A stretch of DNA of 64,000 nucleotides, from NCBI GenBank assembly GCA_019828565.1, contig JAHDYR010000003.1, positions 310,001 to 374,000 on the forward strand. Direction: 5' to 3'. The stretch is from Carpediemonas membranifera BICM. Taxonomy: Eukaryota > Protista > Fornicata. Below are positions 1 to 10,575 of the stretch, one piece after another. The position numbers and the translations under genes are program-made. Below the pieces are notes generated by a model. The model was not told the DNA's origin. It searched no databases and saw nothing but the letters and a program-made list of their open reading frames with translations. Position 1 is the first letter of the stretch; every line of letters begins with the position of its first letter.

Positions 1-150
1 ACTGACGGACCCATTATCCCCAAGGTCAAGGGTGCCGATGACACGAGTAACTTTGAGGATTATTCAGAAGACGACGACTTGCTGGACCCTGCAAAGCAGC
101 GGCGCCCACTGAAGTTCAAGGGTGGTGTCGATCCGTTCGTCGGCTTCTAG
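1..150 (+). CDS. C-terminal end of an AGC-family (PKA-like) protein kinase, 5'-truncated by the window edge
   Basis: Frame 1 reads TDGPIIPKVKGADDTSNFEDYSEDDD...DPFVGF*, matching the AGC C-tail (PxxPx(5)DTSNF-acidic...FxxF). Confidence 0.85.
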   Translation, partial: TDGPIIPKVKGADDTSNFEDYSEDDDLLDPAKQRRPLKFKGGVDPFVGF

Positions 151-384
151 ATTGTTTACATAAAGCTCCATAAAGCTCCAACAGCATGTGGTGGTTTTTA
201 GGCGTTCTGGTTTAGTCTATTGGTGCTAATCGGGTTGAGGAGAGAGTTTTGGTCGCCCTGGGGTAAACCAGGACAGAATAAGAAACACTCAGACTGCCCT
301 AGACATGCGGGACTGGTTCATTAGGCTTTACATGCGTGTAAAGGGACTTATGTTAATGATCTGGCCACGTGAAGAGAGTGCGTG

Positions 385-2250
385 ATGCAGGCTATAGACG
401 TGCCTGCTACAGTCACGACGCGGTTGAAAGAGTTGCGGTACTGCCAGGATGATATTATGAAGCACAAGGGCACCAGCCGAATCTTCCAGCGGCTTCCTCG
501 GCACCTTCGCCGCCGTGCGATGTCGTACGACGTCCACAGGTATCCCCGCAACGTGCGTCAGGCTGTTAAGCATGAAATGGACAAGACCAGTGTCGATCGC
601 ACGACAGGAGAGCCAATTGGCCCGAAGAAGCTTCGCAAGGCCATCAGGAAGCGCTCCAACCTTCTCACACGAACCTTCCGTCTATCGAGACCCAATGTAT
701 GGCTCGAGACACATCTGTGGAACGTTAAGCGCTTCCATATGGCACCCCACTTCGGATACACCATCCCGACCTCCGCCACGATGAAGGGCATCCGCACGGT
801 CTGGCGTATCGCCAACAGCGGCGCGGTAGTCCATGATATGTCATACTACACGCCTGTAGAGGTGCCAGACGTCGCAGCCCTCCCGACCCGCGGCACCCCG
901 CTCCAGGTCGACGTCGGCGCCCTGCTGCCCGACATGGGGCTGCCCCTGACCCTCCCTATCGCCATAGCGGGCGACAGGGCGTTCATTGTAGTCCACAGTA
1001 CATTGGCAGACGCCTTGGTCGACGCCATACCCGGTGCCGTCTCCCGCCGGGATGCCCTGTGCGGCTACCGCCTGGTCGGGCCCGCTTCCCTCGACGTTGC
1101 CCGCACCGCCCTGGTCCCAGTGAACAACACCGCCCCCACCATGGCCCCCGGGTCCAGGCCCGACCCGACGAGGTCCTCATACGTCACGGTCGAGGACCCC
1201 CGCATCAAGGTAGTCCGCTCTTTCAACGGGGCCGACCCGTATGGCCTGCTGCCGATGAACAAGCGCCGTGACCCGCCGCACCCGCAGGAGACGGCGGTGG
1301 GGCCGGGCCAGGCCAAGGAGATGATCGCCCAGCTCAACCCCGCTGTCGGCGAGACACCCGCCCCAGCACCCCCAGCCTGGCCATGGCCCGCGGACGACGG
1401 GGACGTCACTGTCGACCGGGACGCCCTCGGGGACCTGGGTCGACCCGTACCGACGTGGCAGCTGAACGAGAGCCGGGCGGACCAGATCACGGGCCCGCCC
1501 GCCCCCGGCCCCCGCCCCACGGTGTGCATCACACCCTGCCCCATGGGCGATCTCCCAGGCCTCCTGGTCCTGGCCCCCGCGAACTGGGGCGGGTTTGTGT
1601 ACAGAGGCCTGGTGCACGCCAGGGCCCACCCCCTGGGCCGCGAGGAGTGGCGGTACCTCGCCCATGAGACCGGCAGGGCACTGTACCCTGAGGACTGTCC
1701 CTTGACAGCCCCCGGGTACGGCTGCATGGTCGCCAGAGCCTGGGATGCCCTCGAGACATGGCGTCGCCGTCCCCCGGCCAAGCGGGCGCCCGTGGATGCT
1801 GGGACACTCCCGGCACCGTTCATGCCGCCCATCTCTGCTGCTCTGGGTGATCAGTACGCCGAGTGCGAGCGGGCTCTCGTGGCCGCCGCTTCCTCTGTAG
1901 ACGGCACTACGAGGGCCAAGGCTGGTGAGAAACGCCACGCGGCGAATATCCGCAAGACATGGCTGCTGACGAAGCGCCCGGACATGGCTGCCCCGCACAC
2001 CGAGGGGCAGGGGGCCAGCACCAGTGTCCCCGTCGCCCCCATCCCCACTGACCCGCCCCGACTCAGCGGGCAGCGTGTCGTGCTGTTTGAGTGCGAGTCC
2101 GGTCGACCCCGGTCCTGTGGTAGGATCGGCGCGGGGTTCGTGTTGGAGAGTTGGTTCTCACTCCCGGCTGGACGTGTGAGGGGTCTCGCGGTGGATGTTG
2201 GTCTCGGGGAGGATGCTGGGGTGACGTTTAGTGATGTTCCCTTCGTGTGA
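385..2250 (+). CDS. POP1: RNase P/MRP subunit POP1
   Basis: POP1 N-terminal motifs FQRLPRHLRRRAMSY and WLETHLWNVKRFHM, plus a POPLD-like segment (W..LV...A...G.EEW...E.G...YPEDCP...W.RRPPAKR). Confidence 0.92.
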   Translation: MQAIDVPATVTTRLKELRYCQDDIMKHKGTSRIFQRLPRHLRRRAMSYDVHRYPRNVRQAVKHEMDKTSVDRTTGEPIGPKKLRKAIRKRSNLLTRTFRLSRPNVWLETHLWNVKRFHMAPHFGYTIPTSATMKGIRTVWRIANSGAVVHDMSYYTPVEVPDVAALPTRGTPLQVDVGALLPDMGLPLTLPIAIAGDRAFIVVHSTLADALVDAIPGAVSRRDALCGYRLVGPASLDVARTALVPVNNTAPTMAPGSRPDPTRSSYVTVEDPRIKVVRSFNGADPYGLLPMNKRRDPPHPQETAVGPGQAKEMIAQLNPAVGETPAPAPPAWPWPADDGDVTVDRDALGDLGRPVPTWQLNESRADQITGPPAPGPRPTVCITPCPMGDLPGLLVLAPANWGGFVYRGLVHARAHPLGREEWRYLAHETGRALYPEDCPLTAPGYGCMVARAWDALETWRRRPPAKRAPVDAGTLPAPFMPPISAALGDQYAECERALVAAASSVDGTTRAKAGEKRHAANIRKTWLLTKRPDMAAPHTEGQGASTSVPVAPIPTDPPRLSGQRVVLFECESGRPRSCGRIGAGFVLESWFSLPAGRVRGLAVDVGLGEDAGVTFSDVPFV

Positions 2251-2496
2251 GTGAATATCGGGTTGACGGTACAGATTGCTCGGCGGGGCACCTCACCGCT
2301 GGCGCTGCACCGACCGAGCTCCTCTCGCCAAGCGACGCTCCCGGCTCACAGGGCCCCGAGTCGCCCACGCAGTCGCAGGCGGTTGGAGAAAGCCAGGACG
2401 ATGTGACTATGGAGACATGCACGACGGAGGAGTTCCCCTAAATTCACCCTAAATGATTCGAACTTCTTTTCTTTCATGCGGGTTTTGCCAGAGAGA

Positions 2497-3420
2497 ATGG
2501 CTGAAGGTGACGCGCGTGCTGCTAAGGTTCTGAGACTTGCTGAGTGGTATTTTGGTGATATCAACTACCCTAACGACCAGTGGCTCAAGGAGAAGATCGA
2601 GGAGTCTGGCGGGATGATCGATATCTCTCACATCATCAAGTTCGGCCGTATGGCGCCCCTTGACGTGAGCGTCGAGGAGTTCTATGAAATCTGCAAGGAT
2701 TCCGAGGTCCTTTCCTTCTCCAGCGACCACCAGAAGGTGAAGCGCAAGAACGCTGCCCCCGAGAAGCCCGCCATCAACGACGAGGCCGCCCTCTACTTCA
2801 AGGGACTTCCCAGCACTCTTACTCTTGATGACCTCGAGGAGTTCTTCGCCACCATCGCGCCCTTCAAGATGATCCAAATGCGCCGCCTTGCCGACCGCAC
2901 CTTTAAGGGCTCTTGCTACGTCCAGTTCGCCGATAAGGAGGCTGCTGAGAAGATCCTCGCCGACAAGCCCAAGTACAAGGACACTGAGCTTTTCATCTCC
3001 ACGAAGGCCGATCATGTTGCCGAGGATACCGCCAAGAGGGCCAGCAAGCGCAAGGCTCCCAAGGCTATGACTTCTGCAGAGCTCGAGTACAAGGCCAAGA
3101 CGGTCCTCATCGTTGACGGCATCCCCGCCGACGCTGACGTCTCCCGCGAGGACATTAGCGCTGAGTTCAAGAAGTTCGGCGAGCTCGCTTTCGTCGCTTT
3201 CTCTCGGGGCAAGACGAACGCTGAGGTCCGCTTTGCCGAGACCGGTATGGCTGAGAAGGCCCTCCCCGAGGTCAACGGCAAGCTTGTGCTCGGTGGCGCC
3301 ACTGTCACTGCCCGCACTCTTGAGGAGGAGGAGGAGAAGGAGTACTTCGCCAAGATCCAGAGCCGTGCCACCGAGAAGGGTAGCCGCGGCCGCAAGAACT
3401 TCAGAGCTCGCAGGGAGTAA
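2497..3420 (+). CDS. SSB: La/SSB-family RNA-binding protein (La motif + RRM + C-terminal xRRM)
   Basis: La motif EWYFGDINYPNDQWL; RNP1 FKGSCYVQF; second RRM followed by the xRRM-type helix LEEEEEKEYFAKI. La versus LARP7 is not resolved. Confidence 0.85.
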   Translation: MAEGDARAAKVLRLAEWYFGDINYPNDQWLKEKIEESGGMIDISHIIKFGRMAPLDVSVEEFYEICKDSEVLSFSSDHQKVKRKNAAPEKPAINDEAALYFKGLPSTLTLDDLEEFFATIAPFKMIQMRRLADRTFKGSCYVQFADKEAAEKILADKPKYKDTELFISTKADHVAEDTAKRASKRKAPKAMTSAELEYKAKTVLIVDGIPADADVSREDISAEFKKFGELAFVAFSRGKTNAEVRFAETGMAEKALPEVNGKLVLGGATVTARTLEEEEEKEYFAKIQSRATEKGSRGRKNFRARRE

Positions 3421-3548
3421 AGAATTCGGATAGCCAGCAGTTGCGTTTGTGTGAACTGCCCACGCACTAGATTCACTCATGGTCGGTGAAGCGAATCACG
3501 AACAAAACATCCGGGTTTATAACGCTGTGCTTTTGCTGATGGGTGGGT

Positions 3549-3905
3549 TCACTTCTTGCCCTTCTTCTTGTCCGCCAGGCGCTTCTTCTGAAGTCTGGAT
3601 GTCTTCTTCTGGTGGATGGCCTTCTGCACCATCTTCTTAGCCTCCTTCTGAGAAGGGCGGGAGCGGCCAATCTCTTCTTCGGCAATGTTCTCATTGTCCT
3701 GGACAGCATTTTCCATCGCTACATCTCCAGAAGGCTCAGCAGACTCCATCAGGGCCTTATACTGCTGCTCGAGAAGAGGCTTCAGCTTGTTCTCGACGAA
3801 CTTGGTACGCTGAGTTGTCCTGTTGTGCTTGCCGCGCTTGGAATGCAATCCACGAGCCATTCTCTTTCGTCTAGCTTGCCAGCTTTTTTCTTGCAACTCG
3901 GCCAT
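3549..3905 (-). CDS. Small Lys/Arg-rich protein, possibly LLPH/LAPS-like nucleolar protein
   Basis: 118-aa ORF with MARGLHSKRGKHNR resembling the MAKSLRSK start of LLPH-like proteins and a basic C-terminus. The similarity is weak. Confidence 0.5.
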   Translation of the reverse strand: MAELQEKSWQARRKRMARGLHSKRGKHNRTTQRTKFVENKLKPLLEQQYKALMESAEPSGDVAMENAVQDNENIAEEEIGRSRPSQKEAKKMVQKAIHQKKTSRLQKKRLADKKKGKK

Positions 3906-4060
3906 TTACAAGCTCCCCTGATTTGCCCTGACCACTGTGGCCTGCAGACCGACGATAGGTCTGGATAAGCGATACTTTGCTTCCTGTTGGTAACTTCAGC
4001 GAGGATCAGATAATGATCTGCTCAACCATCGAATTGCAAGACATGAAGGCTAAAATGATT

Positions 4061-4690
4061 TTACGTCCCGTACTGCATGTGAATATCCTCTATAGCCTCA
4101 CACACTCTCCTCAGCGGCAGTCCCACCACTGTCTGGTAGTCCCCGCTGATCCCCTCAACCAGGAGCCCGCCCAGACCCTGGATGCCGTATGACCCAGCCT
4201 TGTCCATCGGCTCGCCCGTGGCTATGTATGCTAGGAGGTCATCCTCAGTGGCAGAGATGAAGGTGACCTCGGTGGTTGACACGAAAGCTCGTGTGGCGGC
4301 CTGGGTCCAGATGAAGACGGAGGTCATCACCTGATGAGTATTCCCGGCCAGAGCTGTGAGAGTGGCGAGAGCATTGGCCTCTGAGGTTGGTTTCTCCAGC
4401 ACAACGCCGTCATGGACGACGATGGTGTCCGAACCGATCACGAGCGTGCGCTCATCAAACGAAGAGGCTTCCACTACAGCCATAACTTTGGATTTTGCAT
4501 TGTGAGATACATATGCTTGTACTGAATCGAATTCACGCCAGCTCAGAGATTTTTCATCATATGGCGATGCACATGTACTGAAATGAAGACCAAGGGACGT
4601 AATCATCTCCTTCCTCCTCGGTGACTGACTTGCAAGAACAATTGACCACTGTTTGTTCACTTGATTAATAGTCTCACCCAGCAGAACCAT
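4061..4690 (-). CDS. maf: Maf/YhdE-family nucleoside triphosphate pyrophosphatase
   Basis: IVLASQSPRR, GSDTIV...LEKP and GEPMDKAGSYGIQGLGG...I.GDY..VVGLP motifs. Confidence 0.95.
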   Translation of the reverse strand: MVLLGETINQVNKQWSIVLASQSPRRKEMITSLGLHFSTCASPYDEKSLSWREFDSVQAYVSHNAKSKVMAVVEASSFDERTLVIGSDTIVVHDGVVLEKPTSEANALATLTALAGNTHQVMTSVFIWTQAATRAFVSTTEVTFISATEDDLLAYIATGEPMDKAGSYGIQGLGGLLVEGISGDYQTVVGLPLRRVCEAIEDIHMQYGT

Positions 4691-4934
4691 GGTTTTGCGA
4701 TTATCTGGGTGTTTTGCCAGATTAGCTCACGTCTACTCTGGCACAATATTCAGGCCGTATGGCGGTTACAGACACCCTAACACCCAACTCAAGAGACACT
4801 ATACGATGACTTCCTCGCGGCACCGGTCCTCGCTGGTCAAGGTCACAATGACCGCGGAGTTTTATGAATTTACTAGCTGCAAATGAGACTCGCATATGAT
4901 GCTCCATACCCTCCACTGTCAGAAATCAGAGAAT

Positions 4935-5696
4935 TTAAACGCATGATACGATTGCGACACATGTTTCCGTGACCCTTATACTCTTCGTCAGCCCAATAAG
5001 TTTCGGCTTGCTTGGCGATGACTCAATAATTAGTCTGTTCTTCAGCTCAGGGTCGTCACGAGTTACTTCCTGTAACTCGCCGTGCAGCTTACAAACTGCA
5101 TCATTCTTGCTTCCCGCCGGAGTCGACCTCGCAGCAGACACGGTGGCAAAAGCTCGCCTGTACATCAACTTGACCTCCTTCTCCTTCTCTCCCCCGTCAG
5201 CCTGTATATCAGCAATCATCTTTGTGGCGAGGGCATATCGGTACAGCGCCTTGATGTTCATCGGGTTGATTAGGAGGACTGCCTCGCAATCGGGAATGGC
5301 ATTGGAAGGCTGGCCTACCTTCAAGTACATCAGAGCCCGGTTGGCAATGGCGGTCTCGCATGTGGGATTGGCCGCTAAGCCCTCTGAATAAGCGTCGATG
5401 GCTTCATTCCAGTTGCCGCAAACGAAATGTTCGCGCCCCTTGGCGAGTGCATCATCGCATTTCGCTTGTGCACGCAGTAGTGCATTCGAACTACAGCTTT
5501 CTAACATGCTTTCGACCACTTGTGCGTTGTTTTCTGCTTCACTGTAGACTGAGGATGACGTATCGTCGCTACACGTACCACAACACTTTCCACAGTTGCT
5601 TGTATCATTGTTAGATCGTTTGCATGCTTTATCCTTCAATCGCATGCCGAAACAGACTTCCACCTGCTTGCGTCTTCTGATGCTGCCGCGGGTCAT
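4935..5696 (-). CDS. TPR-repeat protein (three-TPR co-chaperone-like domain)
   Basis: KGREHF..GNWNEAIDAYSEGL, NRALMYLKVG...AIPDCE.VL.INPMNIKALYRYA. The start codon is uncertain. Confidence 0.8.
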   Translation of the reverse strand: MTRGSIRRRKQVEVCFGMRLKDKACKRSNNDTSNCGKCCGTCSDDTSSSVYSEAENNAQVVESMLESCSSNALLRAQAKCDDALAKGREHFVCGNWNEAIDAYSEGLAANPTCETAIANRALMYLKVGQPSNAIPDCEAVLLINPMNIKALYRYALATKMIADIQADGGEKEKEVKLMYRRAFATVSAARSTPAGSKNDAVCKLHGELQEVTRDDPELKNRLIIESSPSKPKLIGLTKSIRVTETCVAIVSCV

Positions 5697-5745
5697 GACG
5701 ACCGGCCAAATCAAATCTAACGAAATATTCGCTAGATACAGGATG

Positions 5746-6351
5746 TCACCACGGGTCGTGCAATACACTGTACAGTGCCGCGGCTCTCTTCGGTCCAATG
5801 TTCTTCACTGCCACGAGCTCAGCCTGCTCTGCCCGGCATAACTCGCGGAAGGTGGGAAACTTTTGACTGAGATGGGTCAGCGAGCGTGTGTCTACGATAC
5901 TTTTGAGTGCGGAGCTTGTGCTGCTCTCGCCCTGCCTTGTTTCCTTGTTGAACAATTCAGCGCCCTTGTTTCTGTTGTCCTTGGCGGACTGGACGAAGGA
6001 GAGGGCTTGTTCTATGGTCTCGGCGTATAGATAGATGAAGCCGATGGCTATAGCTGCCTCCTCGAGAGCCAAGGAGCCTTCGCCGTCGGGGCCGGGCTTT
6101 CCGCCTTGTCGATCTGGGGAAACGCCGATGACAATCATCACTTTGTATCCCTTGGCTCGTATAGTGTTCAAACGGCGCATGATTTCTTTTCTTTCTGCCT
6201 GGAATACGGTGAGATCAACGATGTGAATGGCAATGTTTGGAATAATGACGCAGGTGCAGGGGATATCGGCATCGCGGCCTTGGGTTCGGAATGTAAGACG
6301 TATTTGGCTATTCGGTGGAATGTCCTTGCTCAGCAACAAAACTTCCTCCAT
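5746..6351 (-). CDS. ERCC1: ERCC1/Rad10-like protein (inactive ERCC4 fold + tandem HhH)
   Basis: C-terminal LSQKFPTFRELCRA...LVAVKNIGPKRAAALYSVLHDPW resembles the ERCC1 HhH2 end (L...G.G..KA..L...LH.PF). FAAP24-like is an alternative. Confidence 0.6.
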   Translation of the reverse strand: MEEVLLLSKDIPPNSQIRLTFRTQGRDADIPCTCVIIPNIAIHIVDLTVFQAERKEIMRRLNTIRAKGYKVMIVIGVSPDRQGGKPGPDGEGSLALEEAAIAIGFIYLYAETIEQALSFVQSAKDNRNKGAELFNKETRQGESSTSSALKSIVDTRSLTHLSQKFPTFRELCRAEQAELVAVKNIGPKRAAALYSVLHDPW

Positions 6352-6834
6352 GAGAACGATGCTGCTGCAACGACTCTGCCATAAAATGCACAGCGGAGCA
6401 ACGACTCAGTGAGGACGAGTTGTAATCTCGTACTGCACACGTCGCGGGCAATTGGACAGATCAGAGCGAGAGTTTCGGAGCGTTTTATTTCTGTCGCCCA
6501 GCCGACCTTTGGTTTGCCTTCATGTCTGCACGAAGTCTCGGCCGACTCCTTCCATGCATCTGTGTACAACTGTCGGCACTTGCTCAGTACAAAGTCGATT
6601 GATTCAAGCCAGACTGCGATTTCTTTAAAAATCTAAATAGAATTACGCAAGAACTGAAGAAACACTCCCAACCCAAGAAAATGAAGCTCTGCACTGAACC
6701 TCCTTACTGTCCAATATTCTCCAACAGACGCTGACTGGTCCCGCGATTTGAAATTTGACGGTCCTTGACTCGACTCAAGCGACTCAGAAAGCAACTGAAG
6801 CTCAGCCCTCGTAGCAGTTCAACGAACATCTAAA

Positions 6835-7903
6835 ATGGCTCGCGATCACATCCAGACTCTTGTGAGTGGTGCTTTTAGTAACTAACACAGCTTCTTTGCG
6901 CTCTTCCCGCCTCCGGCAAGTCCGAGACCCGCAAGTTCCTCGCTTCCCTTTCCGACGAGGACCTCAAGACCAACTTCAAGATCGCCGAGACTGTTCAGCT
7001 CGATGACTACCCCTACGTCGACATGATGCGCAAGATCGACGATGCTCTCATGGAGAAGAACCAGCCTCGCATGTTCTTCGCCGCCGCCGACAAGGGCTTC
7101 ATCAACAGCTACGACTGGGGCACCCTCATGCACCTTATCAACGAGGACTACGAGGACCTCATCAACAAGCCCGCCCGCCCCGCCTACGAGCACTCCTCCA
7201 AGTGGATGTTCGAGCGCATGGACGCCGCCCGCGCCCTCGTTGGCATCAAGGACTCTATCATGTCCAAGCCCGCTGATGTTCTTGAGCACCTCTACTCCAA
7301 GCTCGATGCGACCAACGACGTTCTCATGAGCGAGAAGTTCGACTGCTTCCCCGACACCCTTGAGGACAAGACTGTCGTCATCGAGTTCGCCCGTGGTGGT
7401 GCTCAGGGCTCCGAGATGCCCCTCAAGCCCCCCATGGGCTATGAGTACTCCTTCTCCTGCCTCTCCGACCGCATCCTCTCTGGCGCTGCTGTCCTCTACG
7501 TCTGGGTCACCCCCGAGATGTCCCGGGCCAAGAACATCGCACGTGCCCAGGAGAAGGCCGGCGACGCTGCCACCAGCGCCAACCTTTCCCTCAACCACGG
7601 TGTCCCCATGTCCGTCATGCTGTACGTATTTCCCCAAGTACTTTCTTACCCAGTGGCGACTACGGCTGTGACGATATCGAGTACCTCCTTGAGACCTCCG
7701 GCATCCCCGACGCTGTCAAGATCACTGCCCAGAAGTCTGGCAAGGAGTTCGTCATCCCCCTCGGCCGGTTCGACAACCGCGAGGATCTCACTACCTTCGC
7801 CCGTGGCCCCCGCGCCGAGTGGTCTACTGAGGACATCGCCAAGATCCGCGCTGCTTTCGAGAAGTGCTTCGCTGGGCTGACTGAGCGCTACGTTAACATG
7901 TAA
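6835..7903 (+). CDS. Uncharacterised P-loop NTPase/kinase-like protein, 3 exons (6835-6861, 6891-7621, 7654-7903)
   Basis: Splicing two introns gives one ORF, MARDHIQTL|LLCALPASGKSETRKFL...VPMSVML|GDYGCDDI...ERYVNM*. It has a Walker A-like motif (ALPASGKS) and strongly biased codon usage. Confidence 0.85.
6862..6890 (+). other. Spliceosomal intron, 29 nt
   Basis: GTGAGT...ACTAACACAG; removal joins the ATG exon in frame to the P-loop exon. Confidence 0.9.
7622..7653 (+). other. Spliceosomal intron, 32 nt
   Basis: GTACGT...CTTACCCAG; removal restores the codon-biased frame to TAA at 7901-7903. Confidence 0.88.
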
Positions 7904-7991
7904 GTTTCCGATTCGTATGTAAACGCGGCTTCAGCTTGTGGTGATGGTTTGATAGTGCATGGCTCAGGACGGCATCAGTTGGATGAACTCA

Positions 7992-10575
7992 GCTGGAACG
8001 AGATATGTCACATTTATGTCTAGTGCTCGCCGGCGAGCATGTCCGCGAGGTCGCCCTTGGCGTCCTTGTTGTTCGTGGGCTTCAGGGCGAACTTGTCGGC
8101 CAGCACGGCGAGGGCGTCGGGGGTCAGGAAACGGGGCAGCGAGGGGCCGAGGCGGATGTTGCGGATGCCCAGGTGGAGCAGCGTCAGCAGCACGGCGACG
8201 GCCTTCTGCTCGAACCAGCTCACGCACAGCGAGAGCGGCAGGTCGTTGACGGCGAGCCCGGTGGCCTCGGACAGGGCGACCGCGATCTTGATGGCGCTGA
8301 AGACGTCGTTGCACTGGCCGACGTCGAGCAGGCGCGGGATGCCCTCGATGTCGCCGTAGTCCTTGACCCGGTTGATGCGGAAGCAGCCGCAGGCGCCGGT
8401 CAGGATCAGGCAGTCGTCGGGGATGGCCTCGGCGAGGTCCGAGAAGTAGTTGCGGCCGGGCGTGCTGCCGTCGCAGCCGCCGATGAAGAAGATGTGGCGC
8501 AGCTTGCCCGCGCCGATTAGCTCGAGGACCTTGCCCGCGTGGCTCAGCACCTCGGCGTGCATCGCGCCGACGAGCAGGGGCGACTCGGCGTTGGCGGCCT
8601 CGACGTCGGCCTTGGTGTAGCCGGGCGCCTCGAGCGCGGCCGCGATGACGGGCTCGAACTCGCCGTTCGTGACGTGGGTCAGGCCCGGGAAGCCGACGCG
8701 GCCGGTCGTGAACACGCGGTGCTTGTAGTCCTCGCGCGGGGGCATGATGCAGTTCGTCGTGAAGAGCACGGGGCCGGGGAAGAGCGGGAACTCCTTGCGC
8801 TGGTTGCGCCACGACGTGCCGTAGTTGCCGACGAGGCACTTGTACTTGCGCAGGGCGGGGTAGGCGTGGGCGGGGATCATCTCGCCGTGGGTGAAGACGT
8901 TCACACCGCGCGCCTCGCACTGCTCGAGCAGCTTGTGGAGGTCGTCCATGTCGTGGCCCGTGATGAGGATGCACTTGCCCTCGACGGGCCGGGTGTTGAC
9001 GGGCGCGAAGCTGGGCTGGCCGAGCGCCGCGTTGTGCGCCTTGTCGAGCGCGGCCATGATGCCGAAGTTGGCCTCGCCGACCTTGAGCGTGAGGCCGAGG
9101 AGCGCGTCGACGGACAGGTCGTCCTTGTTGAGCTCGGCCATCGCCTCGACGTTCATCCACGTCTCCTTGCGCACGGGGTCGAGGCCCTCGAGCACGAAGG
9201 CGTGGTCCGCGTAGGCGGCGGCGCCGCGGATGCCGTAGACAACGGTCTCGCGGAGGCCGGCGACGGTCTCGCCGAACTTGTGGATGCGGTGGGCGAGCCC
9301 GTAGTCCTTGAGGGTCGCGACGGCCTCGGCGGCGGACTTGTTGACGCCACTGACGCCGAGGGTGGTCAGCTCGGCGGTGAGGTCCTCGGCGTAGCGCATG
9401 AGGGCGTCGTCGTCGAAGTTGACGTTGGTGAGCGTCGTGAACATCGCGCGGTTGAACAGAACGAGCTGCTCGTCAGTGACCTTAGCGCGGTTCTGCACAG
9501 CGGCGGCCGCGAGCTGCATGCAGAGCCACGTGATGTGGTCCTGGATGGCGGTGGTTTCGGGGCTCTTGCTGCAGACGCCCTTGAATGTGTTGCAGCCGGG
9601 ACCGCGTGCTTGCTCGCACTGGTAGCAAGCGGATGCGTTGTTGTCGAGAAGCTTTTCGATCTCCATGAACTTTTGTCTTCGTTCTGCTGAGGGCAGTGAC
9701 GACTTCGGGAGATTTCTAGATTCAATCGAATCGGTTGTGGGCCCTAACACGCATCAGGTCGGCTGCAGCCCCGGGAAGGCCTGTCATACGTGTCAGAACG
9801 TGCCCCAGGGGTCTGCTGGTGTCGGCCGACCGCTCCCGCGTGTTCCATCGTCATCGGCTGTCACCTCGCGTCGCCGCGACCCGCTTGCCCAGACGAGCCG
9901 CAGAGCTTGCTGACCGGCCTCCGCGCCCGGAACATAGTTATACAAGACTACAATCGCTAATCTGGAACTCCAGAGGGCTTGGTGACGCTTCGAAGCTGAG
10001 CAGCCGCGCTCTTGACTTGGCTGGGACAGCGGCGGGCAATGTCGTCAACAAGACGTCGCAGAGCTTGCGACAGCGCCGTGACACCAGGCTCGACGCCTCG
10101 TCGGCGGTCGACGACTCGGCGACTGTGGCCACAAGACGACAGGCCTGTTTGGATGGACAAAGCAGCGCAACCACGCGATTCCGCGGCATTGGACATCGAA
10201 CAAGCGCTGATATCCGCATTCCGTCTTTCCGTCGCCATTACCTCCTCCATCTCCGGGGACATCCCCTCTTTGCTCCGCCACGCCTTCTCCAGGCACTTCA
10301 ACAAGGTCCTGCCCACAGGGCGCGATGCAGAGACCACCAATGCATCAGAAAGCAGCGTAGATCTCGAAGCACTCCAAGACACGCTCTCGAGAATTCCCCC
10401 CCTCGCACCAACCGCGCAAGTCCTCCTCGACCGCGCCCGCTCGATCCTCGCAGACGGCCTGCTGCTGTCCATGAATGTCGAGCTCGCGGAGGGGCAGGAG
10501 CTCCCGGTCGCCCTGCACACCCTGCTCCAGGGCACGCTGTGGGCCATCCTCATGGACGCTGGAGCCAACCCAGAC
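7992..10575. repeat. Left arm of a 2,584-bp inverted duplication (partner 13108-15691)
   Basis: Reverse-complement near-identity; identity ends at GTTCCAGC (outer) and GGAGCCAACCCAGAC (inner). Confidence 0.95.
8020..9666 (-). CDS. hcp: Hybrid cluster protein (hydroxylamine/NO reductase, prismane), copy 1
   Basis: CYQCEQ..C...GVC cubane motif and hybrid-cluster ligand motifs TGHD, THGEM, TTNC, GCDG, ACG, GQCND, WFEQKA. The first ATG is at 9666. Confidence 0.97.
   Translation of the reverse strand: MEIEKLLDNNASACYQCEQARGPGCNTFKGVCSKSPETTAIQDHITWLCMQLAAAAVQNRAKVTDEQLVLFNRAMFTTLTNVNFDDDALMRYAEDLTAELTTLGVSGVNKSAAEAVATLKDYGLAHRIHKFGETVAGLRETVVYGIRGAAAYADHAFVLEGLDPVRKETWMNVEAMAELNKDDLSVDALLGLTLKVGEANFGIMAALDKAHNAALGQPSFAPVNTRPVEGKCILITGHDMDDLHKLLEQCEARGVNVFTHGEMIPAHAYPALRKYKCLVGNYGTSWRNQRKEFPLFPGPVLFTTNCIMPPREDYKHRVFTTGRVGFPGLTHVTNGEFEPVIAAALEAPGYTKADVEAANAESPLLVGAMHAEVLSHAGKVLELIGAGKLRHIFFIGGCDGSTPGRNYFSDLAEAIPDDCLILTGACGCFRINRVKDYGDIEGIPRLLDVGQCNDVFSAIKIAVALSEATGLAVNDLPLSLCVSWFEQKAVAVLLTLLHLGIRNIRLGPSLPRFLTPDALAVLADKFALKPTNNKDAKGDLADMLAGEH

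Noticed and set aside
161-180. TAAAGCTCCA tandem duplicate in the kinase 3' UTR
   Set aside because: Only two units, consistent with trivial slippage.
2247-2441. Possible 28-nt intron extending POP1, or a small ORF after it
   Set aside because: The donor is good (GTGAGT) but the acceptor lacks the YTHAC-NN-AG pattern, and the extension shows no recognisable POP1 motif.
7964-9690. Long overlapping and antisense ORFs over hcp (also 13993-15707, 37823-39340, 2449-3480, 62296-62916)
   Set aside because: These are shadow ORFs caused by extreme GC3 bias, with low-complexity Arg/Ala/Gly or Val/Leu translations and no motifs.
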